A stretch of 64,000 nt of DNA from a virus. Positions 38,182 through 45,304 of this stretch are shown piece by piece. The stretch lies in IMG/VR virus record IMGVR_UViG_3300033516_000084, positions 1-64,000 of that record; one strand, written 5' to 3'. Position numbers and translations under genes: made by a program. Below the pieces are notes generated by a model. It did no database searches, had not been told where the DNA came from, and was given only the letters and a program-made list of their open reading frames with translations. Position 1 is the first letter of the stretch. The number at the start of each line of letters is the position of its first letter.

Positions 38182-38635
38182 TGATAATCTCCTGTACTTT
38201 CTTCTCAAAAATAGATAAAGCCATCGAAGCGTGTTCGGGGGTAATTGCCAAGAACTCCCGTTTAACCATCCCATCGGTGCCAAGGTTGTGCTTATTGGCG
38301 TAAGGCACATCTGTAAAGATACTGGCCTCACCCAAGTTAGGCAAGGTGGCTAGCTGTATTGACCTGAACAACCTGCCACTGTCAAACAGAGTACCTGTAC
38401 CACCACGTTTCCTGCGGGCAATACCAGACCTACTGGGAATCCAAGGGGCACCAGCCGGGTCTTGCTCTGCCAAGTACGTGGTACGTAGGCGGTTAAGGAT
38501 AGCCGCTGTGGAAGCTGCCATCTCCCTATCGAACAGCTTATTCAGGTCCCCATCTAGGCCCCCAAATAAACTGCCTTCTTTACCTGCTATGGTAAAGGTG
38601 ATAGGGCCATCACTGGCCTTAGTAAGGTTGATCAC
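38168..38635 (-). CDS. Virion morphogenesis/tail completion protein (Mu gpG-like)
   Basis: DP.G.PW.PS......R.....L.DSGRL.RSI...YA..HNLG.....REFL motif. Confidence 0.8.
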   Translation of the reverse strand: MINLTKASDGPITFTIAGKEGSLFGGLDGDLNKLFDREMAASTAAILNRLRTTYLAEQDPAGAPWIPSRSGIARRKRGGTGTLFDSGRLFRSIQLATLPNLGEASIFTDVPYANKHNLGTDGMVKREFLAITPEHASMALSIFEKKVQEIISAQN

Positions 38636-39222
38636 AGTGCGGCCTGAGAGTGTACAAAGGGCCGGAAAGAAAAGTCTGACACCTTGCGGTAAGAAGCGGC
38701 CATAGCCAAAGCCAATTCATTAACCCCCGGCGCGGGGGCAGGTGCCGACTTGTCGGGTTGGTTCTCGGCAAAGATAAGGGCAGTGTACACCAGTAACGCC
38801 TGTCTAATGGTGTCCGGTACTTCCTTGGGGTCGATACCTGACTCATAGACGATGGTCAGGTACTTGTTGTCTAGGTCCAGCGGGAAGTACACTGTGCCCT
38901 GCTCACCATCAACCAGCACAGGCTTTACCTTGGTGCTTACCCCGCCCACGGCATCGGCGTAGGTGGCGCGTACAGAGGATGGACTCACAAACAGGTTTGC
39001 CAGCTTCACCTTCAACATACCGTGGGGTACTACCCCCGAGTACAAGTCTGAGTTGAGGTGTACCACGTCGATACACGAAAACTGCTCTATAGAACACCCT
39101 AGGTCTGCACCTAGTTTGTTCTGAGCCTTTTTGATCGTACTGGTGATGGTATCTGATAGGTCGGTCTTCAGATGGGATGCAAGCCCCATAGAGGCAATTA
39201 CTTCATCCACAGTTATCAGCAT
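38632..39222 (-). CDS. Head-tail adaptor/connector protein
   Basis: 196 aa, MLITVDEV...; IVYESG....VPDTIRQA motif; position between capsid and tail genes. Confidence 0.6.
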   Translation of the reverse strand: MLITVDEVIASMGLASHLKTDLSDTITSTIKKAQNKLGADLGCSIEQFSCIDVVHLNSDLYSGVVPHGMLKVKLANLFVSPSSVRATYADAVGGVSTKVKPVLVDGEQGTVYFPLDLDNKYLTIVYESGIDPKEVPDTIRQALLVYTALIFAENQPDKSAPAPAPGVNELALAMAASYRKVSDFSFRPFVHSQAAL

Positions 39223-39235
39223 ACCATTCTCCAGA

Positions 39236-39643
39236 TTACACCACTATGGCAACTTCTTTGACCTCGTTGTCCGCATCAGCTTGCGCTAGGCGGGCAGTAA
39301 TCTCCGGGTCATCATCACCTAGTTCAAGCCTACCAACCGGGGTTACCTTTCGGGTATCACCACTGTCAATCATAGGAGACTTGACTTGGCGCATGGCCAC
39401 GGTCTGGAGTTCTTGGGGGATTTGAACTAGCTTGGTACGGGGTTTAGCCAGACCGAACACGGGGACTCCCTGGGGGTCAACCTGCGACAGTACTACCTTG
39501 GCCGACTCGGCATCAAACACGTACACCACGCCTTTTTCATACAACATACCGTTGTACATATAGCGTTTGACCTTGAACATCTCCAAGTTAACGTCCGTGG
39601 CCTTAGCTTTTACGGGCGATTCTACTTTAGTGGTTACAGCCAT
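39236..39643 (-). CDS. Hypothetical protein (head-completion region)
   Basis: 135-aa ORF with CAGGAG RBS and an upstream ggtgTACACT -10-like box. Confidence 0.6.
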   Translation of the reverse strand: MAVTTKVESPVKAKATDVNLEMFKVKRYMYNGMLYEKGVVYVFDAESAKVVLSQVDPQGVPVFGLAKPRTKLVQIPQELQTVAMRQVKSPMIDSGDTRKVTPVGRLELGDDDPEITARLAQADADNEVKEVAIVV

Positions 39644-39752
39644 TTAATACTCCTGTGGGTGAAAGACTTAGAGTGTACACCAGTATCGGGTACTGCAATT
39701 GATTGCGCTCAAAATAAGGGCAAGCCCCAAGTGTACCGGGCTTATCCACACC

Positions 39753-40448
39753 TTACAAACTAGGCAGGTTGCGGTGTAGGCTAATGTGTTGCCCATGGGT
39801 CAACAACTGTAGGTTCTCTAGTCGATTATCACCCTTATCTAGGTTTATGTGGTGTACTATTTCGTCATCCCTGGTGTTCGGTTTGTGTAGGTCTTTCTTA
39901 TACAAATACCTGCCTATGTGCTTTTCCATCACTAGGATATGCTCCTTAACGTAGCCTGTCTTATCTGTGCGAGGGTGGTTTCCTTTGCCCACAAAAATAA
40001 GTCGGTAACCAAAGGGGTCTACGTGGTCTCCTTTGAAAAACTGGGACGCTGTACCCTCGGCAGTATTGGGCTGGTGTCCGTCTATCCACTTCAAGGGTAG
40101 CCCCAGTACTGTCCAGTAGGTACCGTCATCTTTGGGGCGTGTTTTTAGGGCTAGTTCAGTTACTAGGCCACCGCAGCCACAGTGACAGGTACCATCAAAA
40201 TCTTTCCGAAGTTCCGGTAGCCTCAACTCAAAGTCTTTATTATGACTACCCTTGGTACGGTGTGAGTTAGGGCTAGGCACCTTATCTGGGGCGTGCCCCC
40301 TAGAGTACTGATAATAGTTACCCCGCAAAACCACCCTACCCGCCTTAGTGACGGTATTAGCCGTTACCTTTTTAGTCATAGTACCGCAGCCACAATGGCA
40401 GTGAGCGTACATACCGCAGCTTGGTACACCACAAATACAACGTTCCAT
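39753..40448 (-). mobile_element. HNH homing endonuclease with CxCGCG zinc-binding motifs
   Basis: Two CHCGCG motifs; EHILVMEKHIGRYL...IVHHINLDKGDNRLENLQL HNH signature. Confidence 0.85.
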
Positions 40449-40480
40449 AAAAAACCCCTTCTGTTTAGGAAGGGGTTAGC
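40449..40480 (-). terminator. Intrinsic terminator after the major capsid gene
   Basis: aaccccttc-ctaaaca-gaaggggtttttt; the U-tract runs directly into the HNH ATG. Confidence 0.8.
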
Positions 40481-40517
40481 TTAACATGAAACCTTTTAGG
40501 TGTCAATGTTTATATAT

Positions 40518-41453
40518 TTAACCGCCGATATTTTGGTAGTGAACAACAGCATCGGTCTCTTCTATCTGGAAGCCAACACGGGCAGTCAGCACGATCACGA
40601 AGGTACGGGCGCGAATGTCCTTGTCGTATTCGATCTGAATGTTGCGCCAGATACCGAACAACAGATTCAGCGGGTCGCAATACAGGCCACTGGCTGTAGG
40701 CATACGGCTGGCACCACGAACCTTGGAACCGTGCATATAAATGTCCTGCACACCAACCAACATGCTGTCACCCAAGGCCGTATTACGGTTGGAGTACAGA
40801 TCACGCAGTTCGGTTTCGTTGTCCACCGACATGTACTGAATCATCTGTGCGCGGTTACGCAGGTACTTATCAGGCATGGCCTTGACACCGGCCTTCAGAA
40901 TGTCCTTGCTAATGGAGGCAGCGGATGCATTCACGATGTTCGACTGAGCCAGTTTCAACCAGCCGTTGGTCAACGCCAGATACGGGTCAGCGGATGCGCT
41001 ATCACCGAGCAAGCCAAGCTCTTCCAAGTCAACAGCAGCACGCTCTGCCATCATGTCAACCAGCGTCTGGTGCAAGCCACCGGGGCCACCTTGCAGGGCG
41101 GCATCAGTACCGGCACGCTCAATGTTGTCTTCCAGAACATCGTAAGGAAGATTGATTTCAGCGATCACCTCGTCGGTGTTCATGATGATCTGGCTCAAGT
41201 CAGCCTTGTAGCGTTGGGCTTCGGTCAGGGCAACACCCTGGGTACCAGCACGCAACATACGTGAGCCAAAGCCGATCTTGTTGATCTTGCGCTGTGGGCT
41301 GTTCATGGTAACCGTGCGGCAATTTTGCAGCATGGTCGGTGTGTCCATCAGCTTGCGAATGAAACGATCAGTTTGTTCGTCATTCAGCTTACCAGCGGTA
41401 GCGAGGTCGCCCAGTGCGAGGTCTGCCTTTTGGATAAGTTCTTGGTTGTTCAC
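40518..41453 (-). CDS. Major capsid protein (HK97 fold)
   Basis: 311 aa, GTG start with AGGAG. G.LN.EQ.DRFI...AEINLPYDVLEDNIE...DLEEL.L.GD...MPDKY...NLLFGIWRNI.IE..KDI pattern; follows the protease and scaffold genes. Confidence 0.92.
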   Translation of the reverse strand: MNNQELIQKADLALGDLATAGKLNDEQTDRFIRKLMDTPTMLQNCRTVTMNSPQRKINKIGFGSRMLRAGTQGVALTEAQRYKADLSQIIMNTDEVIAEINLPYDVLEDNIERAGTDAALQGGPGGLHQTLVDMMAERAAVDLEELGLLGDSASADPYLALTNGWLKLAQSNIVNASAASISKDILKAGVKAMPDKYLRNRAQMIQYMSVDNETELRDLYSNRNTALGDSMLVGVQDIYMHGSKVRGASRMPTASGLYCDPLNLLFGIWRNIQIEYDKDIRARTFVIVLTARVGFQIEETDAVVHYQNIGG

Positions 41454-41483
41454 GGTTTAGCTCCTAATTTCAAAAAGAATGGG

Positions 41484-42944
41484 TTAACGGTTACGGGCGA
41501 TCATCGCAGAATCAAAAACCCCTGTGCGGGGGTCATTATCTACCTTCTTGATCTTGGCGATGGGTTGAGGGTCGCCAGCGGTCTCAGAAGCTAGAACAGT
41601 TCCACGAACCGCATGGGTTGCAGTTTCGGCTTTTTTCGCCAGTACGTCAATTTTTTCTTCGGTGGATTTCTTGATCATGGTAATGTCGGCAGATAGGGTA
41701 CCAACATTCTTTGTCAGATTAGCCACTGCACTTGCCATTTCTGACATAGCTTTCAGTACTTTTTCAATCTGAACATTATTTTCAGCCTGTTCGCTCTTCT
41801 TGGTGGCAGCGGGGGCCGCCTTGCTCATTTCAGCAGCACGTTCCTCGGTGGTCATACGCATGAATGCGAACTTCTTAGCACCATCAGCAATATCTGCCAT
41901 GAACGTCTTCTCTTCAGGGGTCATACTGCCCTTGAGAATTTCATCGGCCTTTTTGATCTTGTCACCCGTGGAAGTGCATTCACCGGTAACAGGCACCTTT
42001 TTCTTAGGGCCGGTAGCAGTGTCTTCAATACCTTCGGTGTTGTCGGTGGTATCGCTCTCAGCAGCAGCGGCGGCTTCAGCACCAACAGCGGCTACTTGTG
42101 CCTCGGGGACAGCGACAGCCGGGTTTTTCACCGCTTTTTTGGTCTTGGTGCGATCACCCTTTCCAGCGGCTACTTCAGCATCTTCCTCTTCGGTAGACTC
42201 GTCTACTTTCTCTTCAGCAGTGCCTTCGACAGGTTTCTTTTTGGCGAAAGGATTGACACCCTTTTTGCCTGGAACAAACTCGGCCTTGACCAGGGTCTCC
42301 AGTTCAGCCTCGACCTTCATAACAGCAGACGGGATAGCCATAGTCAAATAACCCAGGTATTGTTGAACACTTTCCATGCTGTCACGCATGATCGTAGAAG
42401 CATCAGCAGGAGACTCTGCCTTTTGCACACCCTCACGGATAGCCTCAGTCGCGGTCTCCATGACCAAACTAGGGCCATCAAAATAACCGTTTGATTCTGC
42501 AATTTCACCGAATGCCGATTTTTTCAAGTTGGTGAGGTGGCTACCCATGTTGCCCAACACCACGGCAGTGGTAGAGTTGAGGCGAACGATAGTACCGTTG
42601 TCGATAAAAGCCTCGTCCTCTTTGTGGATAGCAATGGTGCCATCTTCAAACTCAGTGTGCTGAGTAAGGTTGATGCCATGTGCTGACAGCAGGCCCTGGG
42701 CCTTGGCTACCAGTTCGTCATTTCCAGACGACAAGATGATGGCCGACACCGAAGCGGTATCCACCTTGGATTGTTCTGCTGCGGATTTCCTTACTCGAAA
42801 ACCCAATTTTGAGAGGTCTAGGCTCATATCTTTCTCCTGTGACTTGATAATGCGAAACGGTATGCGGTTGGCCCCACGGTCAACCAACGACACGAATTTT
42901 ACATCCAAGTCGGACAGTTTGCGGAGGGAGGTTAATACTTTCAT
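41484..42944 (-). CDS. Scaffold protein with N-terminal protease-like strand
   Basis: 486 aa, low-complexity/coiled, many K-(A/S) sites; N-terminus LSDLDVKFVSLVDRGAN..F.IIKS. Confidence 0.7.
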   Translation of the reverse strand: MKVLTSLRKLSDLDVKFVSLVDRGANRIPFRIIKSQEKDMSLDLSKLGFRVRKSAAEQSKVDTASVSAIILSSGNDELVAKAQGLLSAHGINLTQHTEFEDGTIAIHKEDEAFIDNGTIVRLNSTTAVVLGNMGSHLTNLKKSAFGEIAESNGYFDGPSLVMETATEAIREGVQKAESPADASTIMRDSMESVQQYLGYLTMAIPSAVMKVEAELETLVKAEFVPGKKGVNPFAKKKPVEGTAEEKVDESTEEEDAEVAAGKGDRTKTKKAVKNPAVAVPEAQVAAVGAEAAAAAESDTTDNTEGIEDTATGPKKKVPVTGECTSTGDKIKKADEILKGSMTPEEKTFMADIADGAKKFAFMRMTTEERAAEMSKAAPAATKKSEQAENNVQIEKVLKAMSEMASAVANLTKNVGTLSADITMIKKSTEEKIDVLAKKAETATHAVRGTVLASETAGDPQPIAKIKKVDNDPRTGVFDSAMIARNR

Positions 42945-43089
42945 AAGGGTCTATCGTAGTTGTTGTTGGAGTACCTAACAAATCCGGCGTGTGGTGTTTT
43001 ATAGGAGGGTCAAGGGGTCTAGTATCGGAGGTATAGGGCTTTACCATGTGAGAGTACACAACTCTACCATTTAAGCTCTTATACATAGA

Positions 43090-43686
43090 TTACTCGATAG
43101 TAATTTTCAGGTCGTCTACCGCAGAAAATCGGTGGCTGTGGTTTCTCTCGGTCTCGGTAACCGTACCACCCTTTATAAGATGGGCGTGCCCATCATCCAT
43201 AGAGGTGCGGCCACCAAGGAATTTTCCTTCGCCGCTGTAGGTGACAAAAAACTGGTGTTCGTGCTTATCGCTCTTGCTGGTCATACCCGTTACTACTGAA
43301 GGTATGTCAATTTCTACTTTACCCATACTGGTTGTCGCCATGGCCTCAAGGGAAAATCCGTTTATCTCACCCTTTTTGATTTTTTGCCACATCTCATCAT
43401 TGTCGATGTGCATACCAACTACCCAGCTACCGGGGATAAAAAGAGGGTCTCCCTTGCGGGCAATAAAGGACTCGACAATGGTAGCGCCTTTAACTAATAC
43501 ATTTCCGTGCTGGCAGTCAACTTGATTTAGACGCTGGTTTTTCATAAACCTATAAGCAGCTTTTTGAATATCCTCGGCCAGCATATAGTCACCCCCAGAA
43601 TCAACGCGGTCAGGCGCATATACCTCCCCAAATACTAGCTGCTGTTCAGGTTCACCATCTTCTGTTTTCAGAATAACTAATTCCAT
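43090..43686 (-). CDS. XkdF-like prohead serine protease
   Basis: LVFGEVYAPD.VDS.GD.M..EDIQKAAY.FM...D.QH...VESFIAR...GSWV.G....D.E.W..IKKGEINGFS; His-rich C-terminal H.H repeats. Confidence 0.88.
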   Translation of the reverse strand: MELVILKTEDGEPEQQLVFGEVYAPDRVDSGGDYMLAEDIQKAAYRFMKNQRLNQVDCQHGNVLVKGATIVESFIARKGDPLFIPGSWVVGMHIDNDEMWQKIKKGEINGFSLEAMATTSMGKVEIDIPSVVTGMTSKSDKHEHQFFVTYSGEGKFLGGRTSMDDGHAHLIKGGTVTETERNHSHRFSAVDDLKITIE

Positions 43687-43739
43687 ACTGCCTCCTAGAT
43701 TGAATACGCAACTGATTGCACTGGTCGCAGCAACCTCTT

Positions 43740-43852
43740 TTTTTCACGCCTAACTTTTGAGACAAAATAAGGGGCGTTTCGGTGACCCAATACCAACGTA
43801 AAACACCCACACCGTCTGATCTGGTGTGGGTGTAAACGCAAGTGTCATACAC
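43740..43852 (-). pseudogene. 5' remnant of a third GIY-YIG-like homing endonuclease
   Basis: MYDTCVYTHTRSDGV matches the start of the 36000 and 50132 genes; the FYVGIG-coding DNA follows out of frame, then similarity is lost. Confidence 0.7.
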
Positions 43853-43861
43853 ATGTTACCC

Positions 43862-44170
43862 CTAAGAAAAGCTGGCGTAAGAATGGGTACCTGTGCTAGC
43901 TCTACGCTCAGGCTCTTTGCTCTCAGCCCCGCTGCTGCCTAGTCGGGCATAGGATTGACTACTGCCACCTTTGGCTGGTTTTTGTAGGTACTTAGAAAAT
44001 CCACCAAATTGTTTTTTGGGTGGACCTTCTTTGTCACCCAACCGGGCGTAGGAGTGGGTAGCCTGTTTACCAGCACCTCCCATATTATGGGGGCCCTCGG
44101 CGTTGTCATTACCCACTGGGGCCCCTACGGGGTTACGTTTGAACAAGGCAGCTACTTGGGGCTTATGCAT
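43862..44170 (-). CDS. Small head-associated protein with (H/Q)SYA(R/S) repeats
   Basis: Likely start MHKPQVAALFKRNP at 44170 (GGAG RBS, overlaps upstream stop); GAPVGNDNA motif; three SYA repeats. Confidence 0.6.
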   Translation of the reverse strand: MHKPQVAALFKRNPVGAPVGNDNAEGPHNMGGAGKQATHSYARLGDKEGPPKKQFGGFSKYLQKPAKGGSSQSYARLGSSGAESKEPERRASTGTHSYASFS

Positions 44171-44624
44171 ACTGAGGACTCCGGGTGGCGGCGTGCAATT
44201 GATTGCACAGGTCTTCGACTCTGAATATCTTAGAAAATCCGGTGAAAGGTTTCTTTGATTTACCAAAGTCCTTGGCAGCGGTACTAGCGTTCATTGCCTT
44301 CAGGTTAGCCCCTGAGTAGGTAGCTGGGTCATGTGTACCCTCCAGCACACCATACGCATGGGTGGCCGCATTGATGTGCGCTACGGCTGCATCAGAGTGG
44401 GCTTTCCTATTAGGAGAACCGCTCGGGTGCTTATCACCTGAGCTAATATGCCCGTTGATAGCCTTCTCATGCCCAGCAGCTTGGAGCTTCCAGCCCCCCA
44501 CCTCATGTGCAGGTAGTAGGTCACTGTATCGGGCTTTACCAGCGTGGGCCTTATTCCAGGCAGTCCAGTCCTTACGAACTAGCTCCAGTGGTTCATTAAA
44601 CAGGGTAGATATTAATGACTTCAT
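44163..44624 (-). CDS. His/Ala-rich head-associated protein
   Basis: 153 aa with strong AGGAGG RBS; KAHSDAAVAHINAA helical motif shared with 44633-45229. Confidence 0.65.
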   Translation of the reverse strand: MKSLISTLFNEPLELVRKDWTAWNKAHAGKARYSDLLPAHEVGGWKLQAAGHEKAINGHISSGDKHPSGSPNRKAHSDAAVAHINAATHAYGVLEGTHDPATYSGANLKAMNASTAAKDFGKSKKPFTGFSKIFRVEDLCNQLHAATRSPQYA

Positions 44625-44632
44625 AAGGCCTC

Positions 44633-45229
44633 CTAGTTAACAAGACGACTAGCGGATGCTAGGTTAGCGGTTATGGAGTTCTCCACCGATGGGTAGTCTA
44701 TAGCCTCTTGATGCGCCTGCATAGCGTGTTCGTGGGCAGACTTCTTAACCCCTACCGCAAACTCTGAGGCTATCCTGTGGATATTGGTCATCTGCTGGTG
44801 GTAGGGTTCACCATTCATACCCGGCAGGTTGAAGGGGTTATGTTTACCATCTTCGGCCTTGGTGATACGGGTGTCTCCGGTGAACACCGGGTGGTACAAC
44901 TGAGAGGATTGTTTTTTGGGGGCAGCGCGGATATGCAACTCCATACTGGCGCAGTATGCCTCCTCCTCATACTTCTGTACTTTGAACGAGGTTGGGTTAG
45001 CGCGGGCTAGGGCGATACTTGACTCCTTGATGGCAGCAAGTCGGTCATTAGACTCGTCTCGCATCTTAGCCACCAACTGGGTTCTCGGGTCTTCGGACTT
45101 CAGCTCGCGCTGGTGAGTCTGCTCTTCCATCGCACTACGCTGTATAGAGTCCTGGTGGGCGGTGGTTACCAATGGTTTTGTCTTGGTTTTATCGGCTTTG
45201 AATACGCGAGTCACGTCTGCATTAAACAT
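44633..45229 (-). CDS. Head-associated hypothetical protein
   Basis: Likely start MFNADVTRVFKAD at 45229; several xxK-(A/S) sites; C-terminal His/Ala helix. Confidence 0.6.
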   Translation of the reverse strand: MFNADVTRVFKADKTKTKPLVTTAHQDSIQRSAMEEQTHQRELKSEDPRTQLVAKMRDESNDRLAAIKESSIALARANPTSFKVQKYEEEAYCASMELHIRAAPKKQSSQLYHPVFTGDTRITKAEDGKHNPFNLPGMNGEPYHQQMTNIHRIASEFAVGVKKSAHEHAMQAHQEAIDYPSVENSITANLASASRLVN

Positions 45230-45304
45230 CTTTGGTTCTTCCGTGAAATTGATTGCACAGGCAGGGCCGGTGGTACCCTGGTATTTTACATACACCTTTG
45301 GGTA

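Noticed and set aside
40500-41264. 254-aa plus-strand ORF
   Set aside because: Lies entirely antisense to the major capsid gene; explained by its codon bias.
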